A stretch of 64,000 bases of DNA from Chromatiales bacterium (GCA_052388435.1 JBQTIC010000003.1:1565-65564); one strand, 5' to 3'; positions 47,078-56,880 are shown, counted from the stretch's first letter. Notes: a model not told the origin generated them from the letters alone. Translations and numbers: made by a program.

Positions 47078-48577
47078 TTAATGGGTCAGATTGACCCACG
47101 TGGTCTTGAGCTCCACGTACTTGTCGATAGCGTGCAGCCACTTGTCGCGGCCGAAGCCCGGCTGCTTGTCGCCGCCGAACGGCACTGTCATGTCGCCCTC
47201 ATCGAGACAGTTGATCCACACCGTGCCAGCCCGTAGCCGCCGCGCCATTTCGTGCGCGGTGCGAAGGTTGCCCGTCCATACCGCCGCCGCAAGACCGTAA
47301 ATGGTGTCGTTGGCGATCGCCACGGCTTCCTCGAGGTCGGTGAAGGTCAGCGTAGACAAGACCGGACCGGAAATCTCCTCGCGGGCTATGGTCATGGCTG
47401 GTTTGACCTCGTCGAACACGGTCGGGGCGACGTAGTAACCGCCGGTATCCTGCCGCACACGCTTGCCGCCGAGGCGCAGGCGCGCGCCTTCACCCTTGCC
47501 GGATTTCACGTAGCGCAGGATGGTGTTCATCTGGGCATCATCGACGATGGCGCCAAGCCGCGACTCTGGATCTAGGGGGTCGCCAGGCTGAAGCCGCCTG
47601 CCCGCCGCCAGCACCTTCTCCACAAACTGATCCTTGATTCGCGTCTGCACCAACAGACGCGAATCCGCTGAACACATCTCGCCCTGATTGAAGAACATGG
47701 CCCAGGCGGCCTGCGCGGCGACGTCGAGGTTAGGGCAGTCGGCGAGCACGATGTTCGGCGTCTTGCCGCCGCATTCAAGCCACACCCGCTTCATGTTCGA
47801 TTGGCCGGCGTACTGCAGCATCAGACGCCCCACACGTGTCGAGCCAGTGAACGCAACGCAATCGACATCGTCATGAAGACCGAGTGCCTTGCCAGCGGTA
47901 TCACCAAATCCAGGCACCACGTTGAACACCCCTTCTGGCATCCCGGCCTCGGCGGCCAGTTCGGCGACGCGTACGGCGGTGAGCGGTGACTTCTCCGAGG
48001 GCTTCAGCACCACGCTGTTGCCGACTGCCAGCGCCGGACCAATCTTCAATGCCGCCATCAGCAGCGGGAAATTCCAAGGCACGATGGCGGCGACCACGCC
48101 GAGCGGTTCGCGCGTGATCAGTCCCAGGGACTCCGGCCCCGTCGGGGCAAGTTCGCCTGGAAGTTTGTCGAGGGACTCGCCGTACCAGTTGATGCAGTGG
48201 GCGGCGCCCGGTATGTCGACGGTAGCGCTGTCGGCGATGGGCTTGCCCATATCCAGTGTCTCCAGCAACGCCAGCTCATCGATATGGGCGCGGATATTCT
48301 CGGCCAAACGGATGAGAGTCTGTTTGCGCTGCGCGGGCGGCATCCGCGACCAGACCCCCGCCTTGAAGCTGCGCCGCGCTGCGGCCACCGCGCGATCGAC
48401 GTCTTCCGCCTCGCAGGCCGCGACGGTCGTGAGCACCTGTCCGTCGATAGGGCTGATGCAGTCGAACACCTTGCCGGAGGCGGATGCGACGTACCTGCCA
48501 TCGATGAACGCCGGCCCGTGGAAGTGCATCGTCTCGCGCAGCTTGGTCCAGTATTCGTGCGGCTTGGGGTGTGACAT
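47078..48577 (-). CDS. puuC: gamma-glutamyl-gamma-aminobutyraldehyde dehydrogenase
   Basis: Aligns along its length to E. coli PuuC (LALLETLD.GKPI, VPWNFPLL, VLKPSEKSPL, NMKRVWLE.GGK, DMTVPFGG.KQSG.GRDK). Confidence 0.85.
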   Translation of the reverse strand: MSHPKPHEYWTKLRETMHFHGPAFIDGRYVASASGKVFDCISPIDGQVLTTVAACEAEDVDRAVAAARRSFKAGVWSRMPPAQRKQTLIRLAENIRAHIDELALLETLDMGKPIADSATVDIPGAAHCINWYGESLDKLPGELAPTGPESLGLITREPLGVVAAIVPWNFPLLMAALKIGPALAVGNSVVLKPSEKSPLTAVRVAELAAEAGMPEGVFNVVPGFGDTAGKALGLHDDVDCVAFTGSTRVGRLMLQYAGQSNMKRVWLECGGKTPNIVLADCPNLDVAAQAAWAMFFNQGEMCSADSRLLVQTRIKDQFVEKVLAAGRRLQPGDPLDPESRLGAIVDDAQMNTILRYVKSGKGEGARLRLGGKRVRQDTGGYYVAPTVFDEVKPAMTIAREEISGPVLSTLTFTDLEEAVAIANDTIYGLAAAVWTGNLRTAHEMARRLRAGTVWINCLDEGDMTVPFGGDKQPGFGRDKWLHAIDKYVELKTTWVNLTH

Positions 48578-48601
48578 GGCGGGTCGATGAGGGGTGGCTG
48601 C

Positions 48602-49180
48602 TCAGAAGCTCGGCGGGGAGTTGGCGCTGATAATCTCGCACACCTCCTCGCCCACATTACGGAAGCGGTGCGGCAGCCGGCTCTCGAAATAGTAAGCGTC
48701 GCCCTGCCCCAGCATGCGTTTCTGCCCCCCCACCGTCAGTTCGATGGCGCCACGCACGACCACGCCGCCTTCCTCGCCCGCATGGCTCAGCATCTCCTCG
48801 CCGGTATCGGCACCCGGGTCGTAGCGCTCGTGCAGGATCGACATCGCCCGCTTGTGGCGATTGAAGCCGATCAGTCGAAACGAGATGCGGCCGCTGCCGA
48901 GGTCAGGCAGCTCGTCGCTCTCATAGAAGATCTGCGAGGTCTCGTTCAGGTCGAGGGTGAAGAAGTCCGCCAGCGACATTGGCACCCCATTGAGCACCTT
49001 CTTCAACGAGCTGATCGAAGGACTGACGCGGTTCTGCTCGATGAGCGAGATCATGCCGTTGGTCACTCCCGCACGCTTGGCCAACTCGCGCTGGGACAGG
49101 CCGGCCATCTTGCGGATGACATGCAGGCGCGCTCCGATATCCTCTCCCTCGATCTTGCCTCGGGTCTTTCTAACTTTCAT
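48602..49180 (-). CDS. puuR: HTH-type transcriptional repressor PuuR (XRE-family HTH plus cupin domain)
   Basis: HTH (LSQRELAKRAGVTNGMISLIEQNRVSPSISSLKKVL) plus a cupin C-terminus. Aligns to E. coli PuuR. Confidence 0.8.
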   Translation of the reverse strand: MKVRKTRGKIEGEDIGARLHVIRKMAGLSQRELAKRAGVTNGMISLIEQNRVSPSISSLKKVLNGVPMSLADFFTLDLNETSQIFYESDELPDLGSGRISFRLIGFNRHKRAMSILHERYDPGADTGEEMLSHAGEEGGVVVRGAIELTVGGQKRMLGQGDAYYFESRLPHRFRNVGEEVCEIISANSPPSF

Positions 49181-49332
49181 TATAGTGACAAAATACTAAA
49201 CACCAGAGCGAGTATAGCGCACAATCCAGCGGCTTTCCGGCCTGCGTTGTCTATTATCTTTATCATGCTATGATACTTTTATCGTCACACACACATCCCG
49301 TCCGGGCACCCGAGGCCCATCGCCGAGACTCT
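49181..49332. promoter_or_regulatory. AT-rich divergent control region between puuR and the bauA-like operon, with candidate PuuR operator half-sites
   Basis: Local AT-rich sequence (tatagtgacaaaatactaaacacc ... atgctatgatacttttatcgtcacac) with an imperfect inverted repeat GTGACAAAATAC / GATACTTTTATCGTCAC. Confidence 0.4.
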
Positions 49333-50649
49333 ATGACCGCCCCCGACCTCGACGCCTTCTGGATGCCCTTCACCGCCAACCGCCAGTTCAAGAGCCGCCC
49401 GCGCCTGCTGGTGTCAGCAAAGGGTATGCATTTCACCGCTGCGGATGGCCGCTCCATCCTCGACGGCACGGCGGGACTCTGGTGCGTGAACCTTGGCCAC
49501 AGCCGGGACGCCATCACCGCGGCGGTTGCCGAGCAGGTGCACAAGCTGGAATTCGCCCCCACCTTCCAGATGGGTCATCCGCTGCCCTTCGAGCTGGCGA
49601 GCCGGCTGGTCAGGCACACACCCGGGGATATCAAACACGTTTTCTTCACCAATTCCGGCTCCGAAGCCGTCGACACCGCCCTGAAGATCGCGCTCGCCTA
49701 CCATCGCGCCCGAGGCGAGGGTACACGCACGCGGCTCATCGGTCGCGAGAAGGGTTACCACGGTGTGGGCTTCGGCGGTATCTCGGTCGGTGGCATCCCG
49801 AACAACCGCAAGGCCTTCGGACCGTTGCTCCCGGGTGTGGATCATCTGCCGCATACCCTGGACCTCGAGCACAACGCCTTCTCGCGTGGCGTACCGAAGT
49901 GGGGCGCGCACCTCGCCAATGCGCTGGAGCACATTATCGGCCTGCATGATCCGTCGACCATTGCTGCGGTCATCGTAGAGCCCGTGCAAGGCTCGGCGGG
50001 CGTGATACTGCCACCTCAGGGCTATCTGCAGCGACTGCGCGAGATCTGCACTCGGCACGGCATCCTGCTCATCTTCGATGAGGTCATCACCGGCTTCGGG
50101 CGGCTGGGCGCCCCCTTCGGCGCCCATTACTTCGGGGTGCAGCCCGATATCATTACCACTGCCAAGGGCATCACCAATGGCGCCATACCCATGGGCGCGG
50201 TGTTCGTGCGCCAGGGCATCTACGACGCCTTCATGGACGCCGATGCGCCGGAGCACCTCATCGAGCTGTTCCACGGCTATACCTATTCCGGCCACCCGGT
50301 GGCCTGCGCCGCCGCACTCGCCGCGCTCGATATTTACGAGTCGGAGGGCCTGTTCACGCGCGCGATCCAGTTGGCGCAGCTTTGGGAGGACCGCGCGCAC
50401 GCGCTGCGCGGCCTGCCCAATGTGATCGACATCCGCAACATCGGCCTGGTGGCGGCAGTCGAGCTGGCGCCGCGGCCGGAGCGGCCGGGCGTCCGTGCCT
50501 ACGACGTCTTCACGCACTGTTTCGAGCACGGCGTGTTGGTGCGGCAGACTGGCGACGTGATCGCGCTGTCACCGCCCCTGATCGTGGAAAAAGCGCATAT
50601 CGACCAGATCTTCGAGACTGTCGCGGAGGCAGTCCGGGAAGCAGGCTAG
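49333..50649 (+). CDS. beta-alanine--pyruvate aminotransferase (omega-amino acid transaminase, BauA-like)
   Basis: Strong alignment to P. aeruginosa BauA (WMPF.ANR.F...GLW..N.GH.R..I..AV..Q...L...P.FQ.GHPL.F.LA, DHLPHTL, FGRLG..FGA.YFGV.PD). The start is taken at MTAPDLDAFWMPF. Confidence 0.8.
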   Translation: MTAPDLDAFWMPFTANRQFKSRPRLLVSAKGMHFTAADGRSILDGTAGLWCVNLGHSRDAITAAVAEQVHKLEFAPTFQMGHPLPFELASRLVRHTPGDIKHVFFTNSGSEAVDTALKIALAYHRARGEGTRTRLIGREKGYHGVGFGGISVGGIPNNRKAFGPLLPGVDHLPHTLDLEHNAFSRGVPKWGAHLANALEHIIGLHDPSTIAAVIVEPVQGSAGVILPPQGYLQRLREICTRHGILLIFDEVITGFGRLGAPFGAHYFGVQPDIITTAKGITNGAIPMGAVFVRQGIYDAFMDADAPEHLIELFHGYTYSGHPVACAAALAALDIYESEGLFTRAIQLAQLWEDRAHALRGLPNVIDIRNIGLVAAVELAPRPERPGVRAYDVFTHCFEHGVLVRQTGDVIALSPPLIVEKAHIDQIFETVAEAVREAG

Positions 50650-50715
50650 AGTGGGCCCGGGCGAAACACCGACCACCCCCGAGCGTCAGCGCGCCGCTTC
50701 GAGAGGAGGCAGGAA

Positions 50716-51837
50716 ATGTTGATCGGCGTCCCCGCAGAGATCAAGACTCATGAATATCGTGTTGGCCTCGTGCCAGCGAGCGTCCGCGAGCTGGTCCACC
50801 ATGGTCACAAGGTGTTGATCGAGAGTGGTGCCGGACTGGGCATTGGTGTCGATGACAAGACATACAAGAGCGCCGGTGCCATGATCGCCAAGACGACGGC
50901 GGAGGTGTTCAACAGGGCGGAGATGATCGTGAAGGTGAAGGAACCTCAGCCGGCGGAATGCAGGATGCTGGGCGGGGGTCAGGTGCTGTTCACGTACCTC
51001 CATCTCGCTCCGGATCGAGAACAAACCGAGGCGCTGTTGAAATCCTGCTGTACCGCGATAGCCTACGAGACGGTCACCAGTGCGCGTGGCGGACTGCCGC
51101 TGCTGTCGCCGATGAGTGAGGTAGCCGGACGCATGTCGGTGCAAGTGGGGGCACACTGCCTTGAGAAAGAGCGCGGCGGTTCCGGAGTTCTCCTTAGCGG
51201 CGTGCCAGGGCTGCACCCCGCGAAGGTGGTCGTCCTGGGCGGAGGCGTCGCCGGCACCAACGCTGCGCGCATGGCGATGGGCCTGGAGGCGTATGTCACA
51301 GTGGTCGATAAGGCGCTCGATCGCCTGAAGCAGCTCGACGAGCAGTTTGGCGCCAAGCTCTTTACCGCTTATGCGACCATGGACACCATCGAGAGCCTGG
51401 TGATCGACGCCGATCTGGTCATCGGCGCGGTGTTGGTGCCCGGCGCGGCATCCCCGAAGCTCGTCACGCGCAGAATGCTCAAGAAAATGCGTCCAGGCTC
51501 GGTGTTGGTGGATATCTCCATTGACCAGGGCGGTTGTTTCGAGACCAGCAGACCCACAACGCATGCCGATCCGACGTACGTGGTAGATGGCATCGTGCAC
51601 TACTGCGTCGCCAACATGCCGGGTGCCGTGGCGCGCACCTCAACGTTTGCGTTGAACAACGCCACGCTGCCTTTCGCCATTGCCCTGGCCGACAAAGGCT
51701 TTCGCAAGGCCTGTGTGGAGGACCCGCACCTCGCCAGCGGCCTCAACATCCACAACGGTCGGGTCACCTACGAGGCGGTGGCCAGGGAGCATGGTTACCG
51801 CTATGTGCCGGCCTCGGAAGCGATCAGGCATTACTAG
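50716..51837 (+). CDS. ald: alanine dehydrogenase
   Basis: 373 aa with AlaDH/PNT N- and C-domains. MLIGVPAEIKTHEYRVGL and VVVLGGGVAGTNAA NAD-binding motifs are present. Confidence 0.9.
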   Translation: MLIGVPAEIKTHEYRVGLVPASVRELVHHGHKVLIESGAGLGIGVDDKTYKSAGAMIAKTTAEVFNRAEMIVKVKEPQPAECRMLGGGQVLFTYLHLAPDREQTEALLKSCCTAIAYETVTSARGGLPLLSPMSEVAGRMSVQVGAHCLEKERGGSGVLLSGVPGLHPAKVVVLGGGVAGTNAARMAMGLEAYVTVVDKALDRLKQLDEQFGAKLFTAYATMDTIESLVIDADLVIGAVLVPGAASPKLVTRRMLKKMRPGSVLVDISIDQGGCFETSRPTTHADPTYVVDGIVHYCVANMPGAVARTSTFALNNATLPFAIALADKGFRKACVEDPHLASGLNIHNGRVTYEAVAREHGYRYVPASEAIRHY

Positions 51838-52014
51838 AAAGTGATGCAAACCCGACTACGCACAGCCGGGCGGTTACGGGGCACCTCAGTGGCGCGCAGC
51901 ATGGGGATGGGCGAGCACGCCACATTGATAGGGAGAGGTACAGGGAGGTACTGTGCTGCGGTGGCCGCAGCGGTTCGGATCGCGCGTTAGTACAAGTAGT
52001 TTGGAATTGACGTC

Positions 52015-53508
52015 ATGAAGCAGCTTGGACATTACATCGGCGGGGTACCCGTCGCCGGGACGGGAGGCCGCTCGGCCAATGTCTACAATCCCGCCACCGG
52101 CGAAGTCGCGGGGCAGTTGGCATTGGCCAGCGCGGCCGAGACAGAAGCGGCGATTGTCGCGGCCGCAGCCGCCCTGCCGGCTTGGGCGGAGACTACACCG
52201 CTGGCGCGCGCGCGCATCCTGTTCCGGCTCAAGACGCTCATCGAAGAGCACGCCGAGGAGTTGACCGCCCTCATCACCGCCGAGCACGGCAAGATCTTAA
52301 GTGATGCGCGCGGGGAGCTGACACGGGGCCTGGAGGTCGTGGAGTTCGCCTGTGGCATTCCGCATCTGCTCAAAGGCGAGTTTTCCGAAAGCGTAGGAAC
52401 CGACGTCAACAGCTGGTCCATCCGCCAGCCGGTGGGCGTCTGCGCCGGAATTACTCCCTTCAACTTCCCGTGCATGGTGCCCATGTGGATGTTCCCCGTC
52501 GCCATCGCCTGCGGCAACACCTTCGTGTTGAAGCCTTCCGAGCGCGACCCTTCACCGTCGCTGCGGCTCGCGCAGCTGCTGACGGAGGCAGGCTTGCCGG
52601 ATGGCGTGTTCAACGTGATCAACGGCGACAAGGAGGCGGTCGACACGCTCCTGCGTGACCCGCGTGTCGCGGCCGTGAGCTTCGTGGGTTCCACCCCAGT
52701 TGCCGAATACATCTATGCGGAGGGCTGCCGGAATGGCAAGCGCGTGCAGGCACTTGGGGGCGCGAAGAACCACATGGTCATCATGCCGGACGCCGATCTG
52801 GAGCTTGCCGTCAATGCCTTGATGGGCGCGGCGTACGGATCAGCAGGCGAGCGCTGCATGGCGATCTCCGTCGGGGTGGCGGTCGGCGAGGCGGCCAACC
52901 GCCTCATCGATAAGCTGGCGCCGCGCGTGCGCGCTCTCCAGCTCGGCTCCGGGATCGACGCCGGCGCGGAGATGGGACCCTTGGTGACGGGGGAGCACCG
53001 CGACAAGGTCGCCCGGTATGTCGACAGCGGCGTCAAGGAGGGCGCAACACTGGTGGTGGACGGGCGTGGCGTAAAGGTACCGGGTCATGAACAGGGTTTC
53101 TTCCTCGGCGGCTGCCTGTTCGATCACGTCACGCCGCAGATGCGCATCTACCGCGACGAGATCTTTGGACCGGTGCTGTCCATTGTGCGGGTGCCCGATC
53201 TCGGAGCAGCCGTCGACCTGGTGAACCGCCATGAGTACGGCAACGGCACTGCCATCTTTACGCGCGACGGCGACTGTGCCCGCCGTTACACCCAGCGCAT
53301 TGAAGCTGGGATGGTGGGAGTGAATGTGCCGATCCCGGTGCCAATGGCGTTCCACAGCTTCGGGGGCTGGAAGCGATCACTGTTTGGCCCGCTGCATGTG
53401 CACGGGCCGGACGGCGTGCGTTTCTACACGCGGCTGAAGACGGTGACATCGCGCTGGCCCCGCAGCGCAGGCCAGCGCGCTGATTTCTCCATGCCAACGA
53501 TGAAGTAG
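52015..53508 (+). CDS. mmsA: CoA-acylating methylmalonate/malonate-semialdehyde dehydrogenase
   Basis: 497 aa ALDH fold with the MmsA N-terminus (NPATGEV...) and FTGST..G, GERCMA motifs. Confidence 0.9.
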   Translation: MKQLGHYIGGVPVAGTGGRSANVYNPATGEVAGQLALASAAETEAAIVAAAAALPAWAETTPLARARILFRLKTLIEEHAEELTALITAEHGKILSDARGELTRGLEVVEFACGIPHLLKGEFSESVGTDVNSWSIRQPVGVCAGITPFNFPCMVPMWMFPVAIACGNTFVLKPSERDPSPSLRLAQLLTEAGLPDGVFNVINGDKEAVDTLLRDPRVAAVSFVGSTPVAEYIYAEGCRNGKRVQALGGAKNHMVIMPDADLELAVNALMGAAYGSAGERCMAISVGVAVGEAANRLIDKLAPRVRALQLGSGIDAGAEMGPLVTGEHRDKVARYVDSGVKEGATLVVDGRGVKVPGHEQGFFLGGCLFDHVTPQMRIYRDEIFGPVLSIVRVPDLGAAVDLVNRHEYGNGTAIFTRDGDCARRYTQRIEAGMVGVNVPIPVPMAFHSFGGWKRSLFGPLHVHGPDGVRFYTRLKTVTSRWPRSAGQRADFSMPTMK

Positions 53509-53528
53509 AGCTGCTGCGGAAGTAGCGC

Positions 53529-54761
53529 TTACTGCGCGAAACTGACCCGCTGAAGGTACGGCACCCGCTGATCGCCGGGCGCGGCTGTCCAGGCAACGTG
53601 ACCTGCTTGCCTGGGAAGCGTGGCGGCAATTTGTACGCTCGGCTCGAAGAAATACTCCTCGGGAGCGCTGTGCAGTCGGTCCGAGCGCCATGTGGCGCCA
53701 TCGAAGGCGAGCCAGGTTGAAGGCGCGTTGATGGCCGGCTCGGATGTGGCGGCCGGGGCGCGCGTGAAGTCCAGCACCATGGTCACGGCGTCGACGACCA
53801 GTTGCGGCTGATCCAGATGCACGTGATGACCACTCGCGTTGGCGATGAGGTGCGCGGAGCGAGCACCCTTCTCTGCGAGTTCATCCTGCAGCGTAAGCCA
53901 CAACGCCTCAGCGAGGCGGCCGTGTTCGGTGGCCGTGTCGCGTTCGGCGACGCCGCGACTGATGACGACCAGCGGAACGGAGGGAAACGCACCACCCTCA
54001 CGCACCGCCGCGGCACTCTCGCGGAAATACAGGTACTCTTCGGCCAACGTACTCCGCGTCTTGCGCAGCGACATCAGCATCATCGCGGCGGTCCGCGCAT
54101 CTTCCGGCATGTGCGCGGGCAGCAGCGGCGGGCCGGGCATAAGCATGACGGCCGAGGTCTCTCTGCTCGGTGCCGTGTTCATATTGAGCGGCGGAGCGAG
54201 GAAGCGCTCGATCTGATCAGGGTGCGAAGAGTCAACGAGCACCACGCCCGCAGTCAAGTTCGCATAGCGCTCGGCGAATAGCTGCGCGTTGTAGCCGCCA
54301 AAGGAGTGACCGACCAGGATGTACGGACCCCGCACCTGGGCGTTGTGCAGGAGCTGGAACAGTTCATCCACCATCAGGGAGCTGGTGCGCGGCTCCGGTC
54401 CCGGGTCGCTCCATCCGTAGCCCGCGCGGTCGTAGCTGCAGGTCTTGGCGTAGTGCTTAAGAAAGCCTTGCACGCGCAGCCATTCGAGCGACAGTCCGCC
54501 AAGACCGGCATCCATGACGACAGCGGGTGAACCCTCGCCCTCGCAATGGATGTGCAGCCTGTAGCCGCCTCTATCCACCAGTTGTCCGGGCGGGTTCAGC
54601 ACGTCCAGTTCGATGTTCGCGCCGTCAGACTCGGCGCAGAAGGGGGAGGATGACACGGCGAGCATCAGTATGGCCAAAGACACTCCGCACACACTCCGCG
54701 GAGTGCTTGCAAGCGCCCTTAAGTTCAGTCGCTGCATCATCGTGCTCGCCCCTGATGCCAA
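53529..54761 (-). CDS. secreted alpha/beta-hydrolase fold protein (GHSFGG nucleophile elbow) with a roughly 130-aa C-terminal extension
   Basis: N-terminal signal/TM segment, a GxSxG serine hydrolase core, and acid and His residues later in the sequence. Confidence 0.7.
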   Translation of the reverse strand: MASGASTMMQRLNLRALASTPRSVCGVSLAILMLAVSSSPFCAESDGANIELDVLNPPGQLVDRGGYRLHIHCEGEGSPAVVMDAGLGGLSLEWLRVQGFLKHYAKTCSYDRAGYGWSDPGPEPRTSSLMVDELFQLLHNAQVRGPYILVGHSFGGYNAQLFAERYANLTAGVVLVDSSHPDQIERFLAPPLNMNTAPSRETSAVMLMPGPPLLPAHMPEDARTAAMMLMSLRKTRSTLAEEYLYFRESAAAVREGGAFPSVPLVVISRGVAERDTATEHGRLAEALWLTLQDELAEKGARSAHLIANASGHHVHLDQPQLVVDAVTMVLDFTRAPAATSEPAINAPSTWLAFDGATWRSDRLHSAPEEYFFEPSVQIAATLPRQAGHVAWTAAPGDQRVPYLQRVSFAQ

Positions 54762-54786
54762 AAACTACTTGCCTTAATCCAGTAGC

Positions 54787-54808
54787 GGCCGTCCCAGGAC
54801 GGCCTTTA
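54787..54808 (+). terminator. GC-rich hairpin (GGCCGTCC / cag / GGACGGCC) followed by TTT, between the two hydrolase paralogs
   Basis: Perfect 8-bp stem read directly. The T-run is short, and as a terminator it faces the plus strand, whereas the flanking genes are on the minus strand. Confidence 0.35.
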
Positions 54809-55118
54809 GGCTGAGAGCACGCAAGTACTATGCCAGTGGCTGGCATGAAACATAGATCCATATAAATCAACAGCCTGCGAACGCCATTGGTGAGCTCCGC
54901 CACAAACCGCAGCGGCCCTTGGCCACCAAACTTGCACTGTAGTGCACTGTGTACAGGCTGGTCAGAAGCTGGTCGCACCATTGGAACGCGCGCCCGTTGT
55001 CGATGGGATCGCATTGCCGCAAGCTGCGGGGCAGCAATGCCGGCGGGCCGTCATCTGCGATGAGGGGGCGCCTGGGTGTCGAAGTTAAGAGGCCGCCGTC
55101 GCGACGTGCAAGTCGCCG

Positions 55119-56363
55119 CTAAGGGACAGATCCGGCGATGGGCGGATCCTCGGTCGTGCGTGGCTGCTCGGCGTAGGTAACGCGCTGCCACGAGGGACGC
55201 CCCGTGCCGGCGACATGCCCGGAGCGGCGAATAACATGGGCCAGCCAGTGGTCGTCGCACCCGAACGGACACACATCGACCGTGGTGTGCAGCCGATCGC
55301 TCAACCAGATTCCGCCCGCGAACGGCAACCAGGTGGTCGCCCGTCCCTCCGCGTCGCTCAGAGTACCGCTACGCTCCGCATCCTCGGCACGCGCGAAGTC
55401 GAGCACCATGGACACGGCGTCTGCGACAAGCTCAGGCTGTTCCATGTGTATCGAATGGCCACTGCGTTCGGCCACGATATGCGCGCTCCGCGGCACGGCA
55501 TTGGCGAGCGCCATCTGCAGAGAGCTCCATGCGTCCTCGTTGGCATCGCTCCAGTCGATCTTTTCCTGGCTCGGACCGGGACCGCGCGACAGCACGACGA
55601 GTGGCACGTCGGGCAGATGCCCCGCGTTGCGCCCGACTTGGCGCGCGCTTGCCTTGAAGTTGAGGTATTCGTTCGCCACCGTGCGCATCGTGTAGGTTCG
55701 TGACATCATCAGCAGCCCCAGCAGGGCCGGCCCTTCCTCGAGACCGGCCGGCGCAACCGGTCTGGCGACGAAATCAGTGGTCGCCACCCCGCCTTGATAG
55801 GTGGCGCGGATGCCGTCCATGCTCCGGAGCAAGGGGACCTGCATTCGGTCTATCTGTTCGGCATTGGAGGAATCCACCAGCACCAGGCCTGCGACCAGGT
55901 AAGGATAGCGGCGGGCAAACAATTGCATGTTCATGCCGCCATAAGAATGACCGACCAGCACGTACGGGCCGCGCACATCAGCCCGCCGCAGCAACGCGTA
56001 GAGTTCGTTCACGATGCGGGAACTCGACCGAGGCAGTTCGCCGAAGTCGCTCCAGCCATAGCCAGCGCGATCATACAGACAGACCCGCGTGTAATGCCGC
56101 AGACGCTGCTGAACGGCGAACCACTCGAGCGCCGGTTCTCCCAGTCCGGTATCGACTACCACCGTTGGCGATCCTTCGCCCTCGCAATACACGTGCAGCC
56201 GGGTCGTGCCGATGTGTACTATGCGGCCGGGGGGAGCAAACTCGCTGTCCTCCGCCGTGGACAACGCCGGGGCGAAGATAAGAATCAGAGACGCCACTAC
56301 GGTGGTCAGGCGGAGGTTCGGTGGCAGAGTCGGAATATCGCAGCGGTGATTACGGAGACTCAT
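55119..56363 (-). CDS. secreted alpha/beta-hydrolase, paralog of 53529..54761 (GHSYGG elbow)
   Basis: Co-linear similarity with the neighbouring hydrolase throughout (LH.YCEGEGSP.VV.D.GLG...EW..VQ..L..Y...C.YDRAGYGWSD). Confidence 0.7.
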   Translation of the reverse strand: MSLRNHRCDIPTLPPNLRLTTVVASLILIFAPALSTAEDSEFAPPGRIVHIGTTRLHVYCEGEGSPTVVVDTGLGEPALEWFAVQQRLRHYTRVCLYDRAGYGWSDFGELPRSSSRIVNELYALLRRADVRGPYVLVGHSYGGMNMQLFARRYPYLVAGLVLVDSSNAEQIDRMQVPLLRSMDGIRATYQGGVATTDFVARPVAPAGLEEGPALLGLLMMSRTYTMRTVANEYLNFKASARQVGRNAGHLPDVPLVVLSRGPGPSQEKIDWSDANEDAWSSLQMALANAVPRSAHIVAERSGHSIHMEQPELVADAVSMVLDFARAEDAERSGTLSDAEGRATTWLPFAGGIWLSDRLHTTVDVCPFGCDDHWLAHVIRRSGHVAGTGRPSWQRVTYAEQPRTTEDPPIAGSVP

Positions 56364-56408
56364 GGCAGATTCGGTCGAACCTGGTCCCTAAACCCAACCT
56401 CAGGTTAG

Positions 56409-56880
56409 ATGGCGCTCACAATCAAGTTCCATGATCCCTTAGGCGCGATGAGTCCGCAATCACCCGATCAGACTACCGGAGGGGTCAGGCCCACAGGCGC
56501 GTGGGCGCGACGCTCTACGACGGGGTGCTGCTCGCGGCGTTATGGTGGACGATTGCGCTGGTGGCCGTGGCCTCAATGGTGGCGAAGAGGCCAGGCCGCC
56601 ACGTAACCGCGCGCTTACCGCAGCGCTGCTCTTTTCTGGTGTGTCTACGTCGTATGGCCGTGGGTGCACCGCGGGCAAACACCCGGCATGAACACATGGC
56701 GCATTACGCTGCGCCAGAGCGACGGCGGGCCCCTGTCATGGTGGCGCGCGAGTGTGCGTTTCGTGGCGGCGCTGCTGTCCTGGCTGCCGCTGGGCATGGG
56801 TTTCCTGAGCCCTCCTTGATCGCGAAGAGCTGACCTGGCACGACCGTCTCTCCCGCACGCGCCCTGCGTGCACGCCTCGG
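56409..56880 (+). pseudogene. RDD-family membrane protein gene with multiple apparent frameshifts
   Basis: RDD-like segments appear in three different frames: ...PTGAWARR, then ATLYDGVLLAALWWTIALVAV, then LFWCVYVVWPWVHRGQTPGMNTWRITL...SWLPLGMGFLS, then EELTWHDRLSRT. No single frame gives an intact protein. Confidence 0.4.

Noticed and set aside
50686-51600. 304-aa minus-strand ORF antisense to ald
   Set aside because: ald has unambiguous AlaDH motifs. The antisense ORF is an artefact.
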